NCBI GenBank assembly: GCA_003344405.1
Contig: NOWV01000154.1
Coordinates: 62,001 to 126,000 of the forward strand
Source of the DNA: Trichoplax sp. H2
Lineage: Eukaryota
Length of the DNA stretch: 64,000 nt
Reading direction: 5' to 3'
The translations under genes were made by a program, and so were the position numbers. The notes under the pieces were generated by a model, which was not told the DNA's origin, searched no databases, and saw nothing but the letters and a program-made list of their open reading frames with translations. Below are positions 13,501 to 27,269 of the stretch, in pieces; position 1 is the first letter of the stretch, and each line of letters starts with the position of its first letter.

Positions 13501-16500
13501 TAAATCGTGTTATATATCTATTGCACGGAGTAGCAGCGTTACACGTGCAGGTCGACTAGAATCAAGTAGTAATGGAAAGCGAGAATCTAAAACCATTTTC
13601 GATTTAATTCATCATTTATGTGGTAGACATGTGCCTGGTATTCCAATTAATTCTCCTCTACCATCTAATTTAATGGATAAAGCAGCACATCTACATTGGC
13701 AATATTCGACCCTTTTGACGTTTTTAAGAACACAAGGTGGTATGGTTGGCTCAATTCGAGCCGAATATTTGTTGGAACCCCAATGTTATGAGAGTTGGAT
13801 CAAACAAACTGGCCAATATTCTTACAATTTAGAGCAGTTTAAGCGAATTTCGATACGTTCTTGGACGCACATTTTACTACAATTGCATAAAGTTTTCATC
13901 TTAAATCGTGTCACGCAACGCCGATATAAAAAGATTGCATTAATTGACGGTACTAAACGATTGGACGCTATTAACCCAGATCCTTTAGCAAGCAATATCT
14001 ACAATATGTCGGAACGTATCCTATTGGATTGGTTAAATTATCATTTCGAAAAGCAAAGACATGAAATTTGGCCAGATCAAACTCCTGCAGCAAGATGGGT
14101 TGTCAATTTTAGTGATGATTTAATGGATGGACTAGTTTTAGCTTGTGTTTTAGGTGCTTACGCGCCATTTTTAAATGTTACTTACATAAAAATGTTATAC
14201 ACTAATCCCAATAATACACAGCAATGCTTACACAATGCGATCCATGTTATTAACGCAATTCAAAGCCTTGGTCTCGAATATGATGTCCAAGCCAGCGACA
14301 TTATGAATCCCAATCCAGTTTCATTACTGATGTTAACTACTTTCCTATTTGATCGATTACCTCATTATCAATCAAAGAGTACCATAGAATTTCAAGGAGC
14401 TTTGCATAGCACGATTCTTAGGCAAATCCGCTTGCAAAACCCTAGCACTAAGCCATTACATTACAGCATTAATATTGTTGGTCAGGATGCTCAAGATTTT
14501 TCAGTTCATTCTAATCATATCCAAATTGCCCCACATAAAAAGGTCGATCTAGAAGTAGCCTTTAAGAGTCGATTTCTACGCGCTGCTCAAGCAAGTCTAG
14601 TCTTGGTTGGACGACGTTTGGGTAGTTCACAAGCATCAACATTAGTCTTTAAGATGAATGCGGTAATTGATATCATTAAACCGATAAACACCTTGTCGAC
14701 GGAATCTCCCTGCTTTGAAGTTAAGCCTCTAACTTTAACTATCAGCAACCCATTCGATAAAGGAGCTTTATTTCGTCTAATGCTAATTGAATCTTGCGAT
14801 CAAGCGGGACAATCACATCATTCTCGTTTAATGACTGATCGGGTAGATACAAGTCCAGCAGAATTAAAATCGTCTAAACATGAACAGCTGCAAGCCTTCT
14901 GGTCTAATAGCAAACAAATTTACCTTAACCCCAACGAATCAACAACAATCGAAATAGAATTCTTACCTTTCCATCTAGGTCTTCATACTTGTTCCGTTTT
15001 ACTTGCGAATAACGTTGTTGGCGAATTTTTATATTTAATCCGAACTATGGCGACTTTACCTTTACCTTCTGTCGTACCATTTGTTAGCATACCTGGAAGT
15101 GTCCGTATAAGTAGTGCAGCGGCTGCAGGGCGCGGTCAAGGCTTATTTGGTGGGGATCCTACTATTATTTATTGGAGATGTAACGCAGATCAAAAACTAA
15201 ATGAAGTTATTAAGCTGCCTATAGTTAATACAGTGCGTGAGCAAGCACTAGCTATTGCTGCTAAACAGCAAATGTCTCAGGATGAAATAGAGAGGCGCAA
15301 ATTAACAAAAACTCTACGGAGCTGTACAGTTTTAGCAGGTGTAGCCGCCATGAAGCTTAAAAATGCTCCAGCAGGATATGAGGAATTACCGGAAAGTGAA
15401 TATCAGGTTCGAGTCAGTTCAAAGTACTTCTCAACTCCTACTACTATTCCTATTTTGGCCCAATCTTCGCCTCATGATAAAAGTAAGTCTCAAGTACTTA
15501 CCTAAGAAAACTTTTTCGTTGATCTCTATGCGCCAGATATATAAGCATAGATGATAAAATTAGTGATAGTTAAAATTGAAATTTATACGTAAGACTATAA
15601 ACATACTTCTACCTGGATTATATTTACATTCATAAATGAATACATATCTCTTAATCTCACCATCGATTAAGAAATGTCCTTCATAACTGAAGCTTATCAT
15701 AAGAAAGTATGAGTAGAGTATATTTGGCAGTTGCAAATATGTGAATTCTTTAGACCAATTCTACCTTGATTAGCAATTAGTATGACTAATGGTACAGCGT
15801 TGCTTATTTAATTAAAATAGATAAATTAAGCGTGCCTATCAAGTTCGAGCCTCATGGTGCTGGCCACTACCCTTGCCAAGTAATCTTACTCTCCAAGTAT
15901 GATATTCGAGTCTTAAAAGTTGAGTGTACCGTAACCGCTACGGTTGCAGCTGCGGATCTGGAATTTCACAGCCCAGCATATCAATCAATTAAACAGGAGA
16001 TTCCTATTGTAAGTTATAAATACCAAACATTACTATTAAATTGTTATTTTCGAATATAACGCACTATTATTTAAAATAATGATGTTTGTACTAATCGATA
16101 CTGTTAACAACTATTTTCCACAGGCAAATTATACAATCGAGGATTGGTATCTCGAAGCAAAATTATCTGGAGAAGGTTTCGTTGGACCTTCTCATTTAGT
16201 AGCTAAATCATTCATGACAACCTATTTTCCAGTATATTTCAGGCCAACTCATGAATATACTACTACGGTATGAATAACACATTATATTATATACAAAATT
16301 CGCTATATTTATTTTCATTTTAATTTTATTGGCTAATTTCCGTTAAATTTTGACTCAATATAGGGCCGATTGGTTTTAAGCAATCAAAAAGATGGCAATA
16401 CTCATATCTTCAATCTGAAAGGATTTGGTGAAAAACCTCTTGCTTTGGACGAGATCGTCTTAAAATGTCAAGCTAGGAAAAGGTAATATCCTTATTTAAT

Positions 16501-19500
16501 TATAGCACTGCATTAGTAAAGCTAAGATAATTATGATTATTACTTGTTTTACGTCTAAATTATTTGTTTTTGATGATATGGTACTAGTCTAACGCATGTG
16601 ATACGCATCCCCAACGTTTCAAGGAAATGGGTAACATTCAAGGTATAGGAGTCTGAAATAGTATATTTACATTATTATTCGATAACTTTAGAAGGAAGAT
16701 TATGTCAAACAATTATCTATGCAGGTTGTTACCGACATAGCTTGTGTAACTGGACCAGGTAAAGTTTCTGTTGGTCCTGGTAAAGATGCTGATTACGAAT
16801 TCATTGTCACTCCGTTGCGTCGAGGACAGCATAAAGGGATAATATCTTTCATCGCTGAAGAATCAGAAATATTTCCAATGTAAGTTAATTAATTCTAATT
16901 ACGCTATATTCACAGGTTAAATAGAATCACTATCGCAATATAAAATTGTTCGAATGAATTAACGATGCGTGTAATTTAAATAATGAAGTTTGTTGAATTT
17001 ACTTCATAAGGATTAAGGGCAATAAAACTCTTTCAATTTCTTAGGGGTAAAGCTTATGCAATAGACCAACAAGAATCTAATGAAAATAGTGATGAAAACA
17101 GCGACATGGGCAGTGAAAATCATGGATTATCATCTTATAATGATGAAACCAAATTAGCATACCTACCAAATAAAGCAGATGATCTAGCATTAAATACACT
17201 AATGGATATGCCCATTGGTAGTCATAAAGTATGGTATGCCGTAGAAATTAACGCTGATCCCCCGCCACCAGAAAAAGTTTTTGACGTTTCTTGTGCTGTA
17301 CAAAGTTCCTGCGCGATAGAAATTGGAATTGCAAACCCTACCGATAGCGACATCAATTTTCAAGTCCAAATCCTTCATTCACAGTGTTTAAGTGCTGCCG
17401 ATAATTTGCGCCTTCAATCAAATGAATCAACTAAATTTCGAGTCATATACTCACCAACCATAATTGGAACGTTCAGTGCAAGGTAATAGAGCTACAGTTT
17501 ATAAACTTAACAATGACGATTTTAAGTAAGATTTTTATATAACCCGCTCAAAGTCATTATCGGTATCTATATTAATAAATTAATTGGGTATCAATGCGTT
17601 TTATAGCATTCTATTCCAGAATGAAATTATAGGAGAATTTTGGTATGAATTGAAATTGAATGCATTGCCTCCTGAGCCGACGCAATTGCAAGATATGAAA
17701 TGTGAACTTGGAAAGTAAGAATTAGTAACCATTTTAATTTTAATTTCTATTGATCGAAAAATAATCTGTCAGCAAGTTGTGCTATCTTAATTGTCTTTAT
17801 ATATACTTGGAAATACCCGTATTTAGGTCTTGCAAGCAAATGATACAACTGCAAAACCCAACCGATGAAATTTTACATCTTACTCCACAGTGCTCGAATA
17901 CTAGCTCTTTCCGCCTTGATATTCCTTTAAACGAGGAAGTATGATATAATTATCAATCTAATATTATTAATTAAAATGTTATAGATATCCTAATCAATAC
18001 ATTACAAATTTCAGTTTACTTTAGATGCTCAGTCTTCTATCGAAGTGCCATTAGAATTTGTACCTTCCATGCTTGGCTTATGTAATCAGATGGCCGTCAT
18101 CAATTTCAAGAGTACCGAGGTATGAGAGCGAAATAAGAAAAATTTGTACAATTATTTATCCATTTACACTTATTAGTAGCATGATATTTCAATGTAACAA
18201 TCTAGCCATCTGGGTATTGATAAAATTTGCGTTCATGAATTTTACAATTTGACAATTTAGATTGGTGACTGGAGATTTAGTGTTAAAGGCTATGGTTTAG
18301 TCCCATCTAAAGTCGATCCAGTTTATGTCAGTTCGTTACTTGGAGCTAGCGCTTCGCTAATTTTACCATTTCATAACCCATTTAATGAGCCACTGCGTGT
18401 TACTGTGGAGCTGATTGACAAAGATAATAGCAATAATCCTGCGGTACAACAGCCCGTATTTCGGTTGCTGTTGAAGCATACTCATAATATTACCTTACAA
18501 GCTAAAGGAACTCTGGAAATACCCTTTACCTTTGCACCTGAGAATATGACATTCTTTGAAACAACCTGCTGTATTAATGTTAAGAGGCAAGAAGATGTGC
18601 CATTTGTTGATGATGCAGGCAATCCGTTTGATCATTTACAGTGGCACATTCCAATATTTGGAATACCGGAATTAGTTACCGTTGATTCAAACGGTGCCGT
18701 TGTACATTGCCAATCACGCAGTCGCATAGAAGAGAGACTAGAGATTACCTTAAATAATCAAGCAGAAACAGCAACTGAAGAGAAAAACCATACTTTGTTG
18801 ACTAGAGCAATAACACCGTCACCTCAAGATTCATTTTTAATGGATGATGAGATCATGTTAAATGAAGACTTCGAATATAGGCTTGTTTATGCAGATGATG
18901 CTAATAAGACTTTAATTGAACAAGCTGTAGGTCTAAGTTTGATCCGAAAAATTATTAATTCTTCGACAAATTCAATCCGATTGGTATTTCATTTAATTTT
19001 TGCACCTTTCAAGCCATTCAAGTTCGTATTACTACGTTTACATCATTTCTTAATTTCGTTTATTTATCTTATGTCTTTCTAATCTAACGTTAAAATACTT
19101 TATTAACTATGATCGTACTCCAGCGCAACGGTCCAATTAGTGGTTACTGCTAAGAAACGTGGAGTTTGGAAATTTCCTTTAAAATTTCGAGCATCATCAC
19201 CACAAGTTGATGATACCATATCGATTGAATCTGTTGGATTAAATAAAGAATCTGTTATTACATTCCATTTGCATAGCCAAGAAAAGTAAGTTACAATGTT
19301 GGATATCCAAACAATTAACTGTAACCGAACAGAAATTACAATACGCTGATTATGATTATACACCTTAAATAACCAAATATAAAATTTACTACAGATTTCC
19401 AGTTCCATTTGAGGCGTATTTCGAGCATCGTTCTGATGCTGCTTTCACAGTATTTCCAAAGTATGGGGAACTATTGCCTTTAGGAACTCAAGGAACAGCG

Positions 19501-19870
19501 TTTACAATTACCTATAAACCTTCCACTTACGGCAGAACACATCGTGCTAAATTAATTGTTCAGGTTTGCTTATCTTTTATAATAATTTTTTGTTAAGCAT
19601 GTAGATGTTTAAAATGTAGTTATATTTCGCTATATTTCTATTCCATTATAGACGAAGAATATGCAATGGACTTATGCAGTTAAAGGCTTACCCAAAGACT
19701 ATATCCCTCCTTCAGGCCATAGCACTGTCCATGCAACTAGTCATTCACTTATCCATAGAAGGCGTAATTTCGTACAGGAAAATCTAAAATTAACTACTGC
19801 TGGAGTCTCATCACCAATTAAAGGAGGGCCACTATTGCAGTCTAAACTTAATTTGATGAAATCGTTATAG
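4599..19870 (+). CDS. CFAP47: Cilia- and flagella-associated protein 47 (multiple ASH/Ig-like domains plus calponin-homology domain), multi-exon
   Basis: ATG 4599 (MDSGSVIAGIKIFPSVVQF...TLTLQNVS). Many phase-consistent GT-AG exons encoding Hydin/ASH-like beta repeats (e.g. VDFGT..KCVKIINEG, VEFGPTYYG, YDFGSCTV). Large exon 13069-15482 has a CH-like domain (ERILLDWLNYHF..RWVVNFSDDLMDGLVLACVLGAYAP). The C-terminus ENLKLTTAGVSSPIKGGPLL resembles the CFAP47 end. Stop at 19868-19870. Confidence 0.9.
9520..9624 (+). other. GC-AG intron in CFAP47
   Basis: Exon ends ...TGT GAG|GCAAGT and the next exon starts CAG|TTT GGG CAA in phase 0. Nearby GT donors are phase 1 and read-through hits TAA, so the GC donor is the frame-preserving choice. 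Confidence 0.75.
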
Positions 19871-20771
19871 TTATCCTAAGTAATATTACGTCAGTTAAAC
19901 TAAGATGTAGTTTGAATTATTGTATATATATACTAGCAAGATGCATTTGTATCAAAATTATGACCTTAAAATAGTACTATTGTAGCAGTAAACATAAACT
20001 AAGAACCTTTTGATAGATAAACATGTTTATTCTACTGATAAAAAGTACAATAAGCTTGACTTGGATAAATAGTAGAAATATAATGTAACATTGAATAATA
20101 TGGAATCTGTGTATATCTGTTAAAAATCTTATGATAGGAGATTATTATAAGCAATTTTCATAATCTAACCTTCATTTTAATATCTTTTACTTCTTCTTTG
20201 ACTTTTGTGCGTTGCATGATATCAACGAGATATCAATAAATGCATATTTAATGCGTAAAGTATGCGCAGTTACTTTACTTGGGTGAGGTATAGTTATTGA
20301 ACACAGACAATGAATAATTGTAGGCGGGTCGGACAAATGAATGATAGAGAATATCTATTCCCATCTAGTTACATTTGCAGCAACGTTCATAATGTAGCCT
20401 GCTACCAGTTCCATATTTTGCTTTGGATTTTACACTGCGGATATACAGAATGTACCCCACAGTTTATCTTCACAAAGTTACCGATCGTACCCAGTATTTT
20501 TGACATACTACTGTACAGTGTACAGTAGTTCCATGACTGTAACTAGTTCAAATATCAGATACTAGATAAACAATAAATGATACAGCTAAAATACTGTACA
20601 TACTATGATTAAAAATTGCAGATGTGAGTCATTAAGAAAGATTCGAAAGATTCTCTAGGTGAGGAATTCCTAACTATATTCAATTCTAGAAGCCTACTGT
20701 ACAAGTGTACATACTGCGGTGCTTAGTCTAATCCAGTATCAATATTTGGCACTAATTAGTCCATTATAAGT

Positions 20772-22106
20772 TTGTTATGCTATATTTGCGTATATTTGGA
20801 AGCCATAAATTGCGGGTATGTACTCTACTACTATCACGTAGCTGATATTATTGAGCGCAAATTAATGGTCCTAAACCTATCAAATTTATTCTTAAAACAG
20901 ATACTGTAACAGTCGAAATACAACCCATAAAAGATTGCTGCTTTGGTGTGAAAGTTGCCATTAATTGACGACTGAAGGGAATTTTTCATGCATCAATGTT
21001 ACAAGCGGGTAATTTAATTATACATGCACATTAATTACAAGCTTAACCAGCACACCATCCTATGAGAATGAGATTTCCAATAATATTAGCTGATTTTTAC
21101 ACTCAGTATATGCTCATATCTGTGTTATTTAAATCGTGACATATCGCTCGCTTTTAAGAGTTAAACTTTGAATTTTTAAAGTAGCGTATATTATATAATT
21201 GTTGTAAATGCAGCAATCACATAATTTGATAGATAAGTAATAAAGTAAGATAGAAAACTACATAGCCTTTGAAGAAGCTTATGTATATCGTCAGATAATT
21301 GGTTATTAATATCCAACTTAATAGCTATTGCCAATGTAACATAGCAGGTTACTAGAGTAATATCAAAAACGTTCTTTAATAATTGACTAAGTTGCATTTT
21401 TTGTATTATTTCGTGGCCTCCATAAAATCATCAAGACTACACTCTTATTAGTATGCTAGCAGGTCCCTCGCCCNNNNNNNNNNNNNNNNNNNNTTGTTAT
21501 GCTATATTTGCGTATATTTGGAAGCCACAAATTGCGGGTATGCACTCTACTGCTATCACGTAGCTGATATTATTGAGCGCAATTAATGGTCTTAAACCTA
21601 TCAAATTTATTCTTAAAACAAATACTGTAACAGTCGAAATACAACCCATAAAAGATTGCTGCTTTGGTGTGAAAGTTGCCATTAATTGACGACTATGAGA
21701 ATGAGATTTCCAATAATATTAGCTGATTTTTACACTCAGTATATGCTCATATCTGTGTTATTTAAATCGTGACATATCGCTCGCTTTTAAGAGTTAAACT
21801 TTGAATTTTTAAAGTAGCGTATATTATATAATTGTTGTAAATGCAGCAATCACATAATTTGATAGATAAGTAATAAAGTAAGATAGAAAACTACATAGCC
21901 TTTGAAGAAGCTTTTGTATATCGTCAGATAATTGGTTATTTATATCCAATTTAATAGCTATTGCCAATGTAACATAGCAGGTTACTAGAGTAATATCAAA
22001 AACATTCTTTAATAATGGACTAAGTTGCATTTTTTGTATTATTTCGTGGCCTCCATAAAATCATCAAGACGTCACTCTTATTAGTATGCTAGCAGGTCCC
22101 TCGCCC
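20772..22106. repeat. Near-identical tandem duplication (20772-21473 and 21494-22106) flanking a 20-N assembly gap; probably allelic haplotypes
   Basis: Both copies start TTGTTATGCTATATTTGCG and end GGTCCCTCGCCC. They differ by scattered SNPs and an ~88-nt segment (20974-21061) present only in copy 1. Ns occupy 21474-21493. Confidence 0.9.
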
Positions 22107-23632
22107 GTTATACTTCGCGTACTTTACCATACATATACAGTACATGTGTTCTTACTTTACTATTTTAACTCTAACTCAACGTAAGCAACATCAGAGCATT
22201 GCTAGCCCTTACATAGCAATGTCAATATCACCTTTTCTGTTCGAAGAGACTGAAAATAATCAATTTACTTTAAATAACGGAAATTCATTTTCTATACCAA
22301 AAATAACGTAATCTATGAATGATGTAACAATTATGCAATGGCCGAAAGTGATACGGTAACGACCATATTTAACACAACCATGTGAAATATCTTCATTATG
22401 GTATTGTTCGCTATGCTATATTTAACTTATTTGTCAATAACAATGTAATGCCGATTGTTTTTCTATTTTATTAACGTGTTTAAATTCCGGATATCTTCAC
22501 TTCAATTTCCCCATCAACTTCAGCATCTGTTATGTGTAAAGCCAGAACATAAATAACAAGCCATAGAATGATGATGGTGACTATAGCTTACTTTATCGTG
22601 ATTCTAAGATGTTAAAATTAAATGATATTAATAACCCTGTTTTCGGCAAAAGAAAGGATTCAATAAGGAGATTCTATTTTGAGCGATTTTAAGTATGTTG
22701 ATAAAGAAAGCGAGTTCATATAACGGTTTAGTTTAAGGACAATTTTACTAAGCACTTGCTTGGATTGACTGTGGTATCATTTCAATGCTTAAGATAGAAA
22801 GTAAACTTTGATGAAAAATGTAATACAGTGTTCATTCTTACATTAGTGCCTATTTAAAAATGATATACCGCTAGTACTAAACAATTATTGTCCCTATATC
22901 TTTCAATTAAGCGCACAAAAATTGAAAAACACCCACGCTTTACGGTAATTGCAAAATAAAGTTCTATTCCGGCGATATGTACAGATTAATTTACTACGAT
23001 AGGTATTTAGATCCACCCTTTCGGAAAAGAACTAAAGCGAGCGCTATTCATATTCAATACCCCACGCATTTGGCTTGACTTCCGCCGAGAATGAATTGTT
23101 GATCTATAGGATATTAGCCAACAATGAACCGCGAATACTATCAGTTAACTGATTGAGTAATACTGTAGTCTAATTCACTAACCTATAATACGTAGAGATC
23201 AATCATTTTTCATCTGTCGTAAACAATTTGAAGAGCTCTCGCAGTTAAAATGGGGTATAATTTATCTATCACACCATTTCATTTGTAACTACCAACTACC
23301 GGTAGGCGGTAACAAAAAAGCCTTCGACAAATTGAGAGGACTATTCCATGAATATTTATTTACTTTCCAACATACAATCTGTGGAGTATGAATATTATAC
23401 GGTCCTCTTCAGTTTAAATGTGTATTCGACTAAGTGCCACAGCTAGAAAGCTTCTGTTTTTATTCAAGTTGCTAGCAAACAATATTTAGACGGCTCAACT
23501 TGAATTAGTTCAGAGTTTTTCTATCTAACCGAGAGATATATTTGCAATATTGTTATAGTATTTGCTCTTAGAATAATTTAAATTGATTATGTAATATATT
23601 AAGGCTATACCATTACGAAGCTTCTTTTTAGG

Positions 23633-23872
23633 ATGCACGGTTATAAACTCTTGCTATTGAGAGATATTTTCAGACTGTCTTATATTTACTATACCGATTC
23701 TGTGGATGATGGAGCACATGAAAACATCGACAACAATATACGATTGAAGAAAATTGCGAAAGATTTGCAAAGAATTGGCGATGACTATTATGTTATTAAC
23801 TATTCGATGGTAATTCTAAAGGCTGTAAGAAGATACCTTGTAGCCTTATTTTTGGGTGAAAATCATCTATAA
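23633..23872 (+). CDS. Candidate BH3-only (Bim-like) pro-apoptotic protein; 79-aa ORF or terminal coding exon
   Basis: IAKDLQRIGDDYY (23753-23791) fits the BH3 consensus, followed by a hydrophobic/basic tail MVILKAVRRYLVALF (23807-23851). The ATG sits directly after a good acceptor (CTTCTTTTTAG|G ATG); a second in-frame acceptor is at 23673. No BH1/BH2 motif in the ORF. Upstream exons not resolved. Confidence 0.62.
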   Translation: MHGYKLLLLRDIFRLSYIYYTDSVDDGAHENIDNNIRLKKIAKDLQRIGDDYYVINYSMVILKAVRRYLVALFLGENHL

Positions 23873-26804
23873 ATTGTGATTAATAACGGTTTCATGACTG
23901 CGAACCTTACAATCATCTAATAAGGAAATATGATTTCTTAGTCTGCTATCAACACTGAATCATGCTAAAATCCTTTCATTTCAATCCTTTACTAACTAAA
24001 ATATTTGGTCATCAAAGTCAATTATCACTTATCATTTCATAATACATAACTGCTGTGCTGCACAGTATGGGCTTGGCACATAACAGTCGTTTCATCGTAT
24101 CAAAAAAGTTATCTTGACCCATATATCAATGTCATAGATAATAATTACTTCTACTTTGGTATAAGTGTACTCCTAACGTTTGTATTCTTCATAGAATATT
24201 TAATTTTATTGCAGAAGCAAACGTAATTTAGCGTGTATTAGAGTAAAATAACTAGGTATTTAAAAATAACACTCATCATCCAATAAATGCACTGTATTCA
24301 AATTTAGAGCATGGTAGATAATTTCAAATCTTATACGTTATTAGGATTGGTGTACCAGTATCACGTAATTCATAATTCATACTACACTCTTTGTATCATA
24401 CCATTTGGCTGAAATATTAATAAATTCATAATATAACCCAATAAACTCATCTCGTTCTCGATTCTAGGGAATATTATGATTTCTAACTAAGCCTTTATTC
24501 GATATTACAGCAATAAATTGATATATTATCAGATGATTTCTATAAATGCAAGTAAATTTGATTGATCGATTAAGGGTTAGAGAAATCATGTATCATCTAC
24601 TATATGATATTTATTTTACAATTTTGTAGGATGCCTTTACTGTGTATCATATGGATCTTCCACAGCTGTTTTATTATACATTAATAACTTTAACTAATAT
24701 GCTATTTGTATATCCTGTTCGAAATATCGTTCGATATTAACTTCGATATTATTATAAATCGTACAATATTGGCATGACAATTAATCAATTACCAACAAAT
24801 GCAGTTCTGGAAACATGTTTAGACATGTACAGGATAATGAAATGGAATTAGATTGCAACGATGACAAAAACAATTGTCAATTTCTCATATAGGAATAGTA
24901 AATGCATACATATTCGTAAGCCCACGTTATATTGAAAAAGTTAGTCTCATAAGGATATACTCTTTTTCAAACTACACCAATTGTTTTCAATTAATTAGCA
25001 AAAGAATTACGGATTGCATATTTGAAACTTTTCTTCTATTTCAGCATTCATTTATTAAAAGCAAGTATATAGATGATACAAAAACATGATAGTTAATATA
25101 TAATTAATGAATAAACGAGGCGATATCGAAATTTGATACGGTTGCAGTATTACTTATACTATATCCTAAAAAATATTTACGAAAGTTCTAGATTGCACCC
25201 ACTCTCATAACAATGAATTACGGCGTTTTACTTTCAAATATCTTTCATTTAATCTACGCAAAATGGTGAAGGAGCAGTGCTGCTTTTAACCATTTCAGTC
25301 GCCCTTAAATCGATCAACGGAGGATCCAATATACTTTCTAAACTAAATTTTATGCCGTTAGTATATAGTAAAAGACGTACAGGATATGTCTAGAAAACTG
25401 TATAATACGCGCATAGCATAATATAACTGACAAAATTGCGTCTTTATCGAAAAGCGTCAATCAAGGTACAATCTCAATGCACCAAACAATCAAATATCGA
25501 GTGCTAACTTATATTACGGTACTAAGAGCAGTCATAAAGTCCAGCAGTACGGTTTGGAATGCACATGATACACTTTTAGCCATACTATTGTATCATGGAC
25601 CACTAGAAATTTCTAGCAGTCGATATAAGCTGATGTAGCTGATGTGTACAGTAAACTGGAGTATCATAAATCCATGACTGTAAGTACTAGTGTTATTCAA
25701 CACTGTTAAATGCTTAGGATCCATAAAGATATGGTAAAAGAAAACCTAGGATCAATGGGAATTGCAACCATCAATTTTTTCTTTTGTTTCCTTTAATTAC
25801 AGTACGCTACTGTACCATTTCTATAAACCTTCGACATTATCCCGAATTTACATACAGCAAATACCCTGAAGTTCAGGCCTAAATTATTCAGAACGTTATC
25901 AAAACATAGTAATTATAGCAAAATTAATATGGTCGCTAAATTAATCAATGAGTAGAGTACAACGCCTTCAGTGATATGCTATCACATAATATTTGTGTCT
26001 GTATAGCATTGCATTAAGGCAATCGTTGAAACTTTTCTTTGTGACAATTTGCAGAAGCTATACTTTGGCTTTGTATCGTGCTTAGCAATCATTGAGTAAT
26101 AGCTTAGGAATCTCCTTATGGACGTTAGTAAGAATATAAACGATGATTTGCTCTACCTGACGTCTTAGATTAATTATATTTTATTCACTGAAATATCTTC
26201 AAATGACAGCACTTATAGTAGGTGGACCGTGTAATATCATTTGAGAAGCTAGGCTGGTAAAATGATAGACCAGTGGTGTTTTACCTTTTACCTACTACAT
26301 ACTGCATGTACATTTAATCTCTCAGTCTACACTGTAGTGAATGGTAAAAATGGCCTGAAATTCGTCCGTTTTGTGGACTAGACTAGAGCAGGGACTTGTC
26401 GAAATATTATGCAGCACTGTAATTGCAAATCGAATCATTTTTAGGTGGCCTAACCCTGTATTGGTATTTTATGAAACGTGGTGAAATGTTTTAGATTCAT
26501 TTTAATTATTTTAATTTAATTTATTTTTAATTTTATTTTTAATTATTTTTAACATGAATACATTAGAGGTCATGAATCCAAACAACACTGGACCAGACCT
26601 GCGGACACCTACTGTAATCGAGTGAGGCAGTATTAACTCATGAGCAAGTAAAATGTACAAAGTACCGTACTGTGTATGAGCCTACGGTATGATAATAACG
26701 TGTATCCGGTGTTGAGTTGTTTTACGGATTGCCAGGAAGGCTTCGTTTGGCTGGAGAGGATAAGCTTGATAATATAATTAATTAATAATCATCACAGGAC
26801 GGTA

Positions 26805-27218
26805 TACAGTACAGTACAGTACAGAAATTGTAATTGGCAGAGACATTGTACAGTACGTATCATAACATTTTGTCACTTTCGGGCAATATTTTTCATTAAA
26901 AATACAGTAAAGCTATAAATGCTATGCAATGTAACAACTTTTAATCAATATTTACTTATTAAGATCACTGGTTGATTCTTTTTATTTAAAGGTGACAAAA
27001 TACTTTGACACACACTGTTCAGTATAGTACTCCGTATACTATACAGTACTGTAGTGTACAGTACTGTGGTCTGTAAATCCGTAATACTGTACAGTACGAT
27101 AAAAGGTCCTTTAAAAGGTCCACAAGGTCGAACTTTTTGTACATGCGCAATTCAGTCTTTCGGGATAGGGATTACCATCAATCATTCGGCAGTACAGTAC
27201 AGTAGAACAGTACAGTAA
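26805..27218. repeat. TACAG/CTGTA-rich low-complexity tract upstream of COX17
   Basis: Runs such as TACAGTACAGTACAGTACAG (26805-26824), mixed-orientation copies at ~27020-27100, and AGTACAGTACAGTAGAACAGTACAGTA just before the ATG. Confidence 0.75.
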
Positions 27219-27269
27219 TACTAGTTGATCTATCGCTCTCTCTCATATTAGTAATATTGCTAATAAATT

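Noticed and set aside
19103-19408. Antisense or alternative-frame ORFs overlapping real genes (also 5460-5672, 12451-12660, 30930-31142, 39341-39529)
   Set aside because: Shadows of coding exons on the other strand; no independent evidence.
21191-22030. Paired 68-aa minus-strand ORFs (21191-21397, 21824-22030) and 21497-21682
   Set aside because: Duplicated only because of the gap-flanking repeat; no recognisable motif.
22144-23160. Possible upstream coding exons for the BH3 ORF (e.g. MSISPFLFEE.. from 22219; open frames at 23011-23150) and a Bim-type dynein light chain TQT motif
   Set aside because: No phase-compatible exon chain to the 23632/23674 acceptors could be established by eye and no K-x-T-Q-T motif was found.
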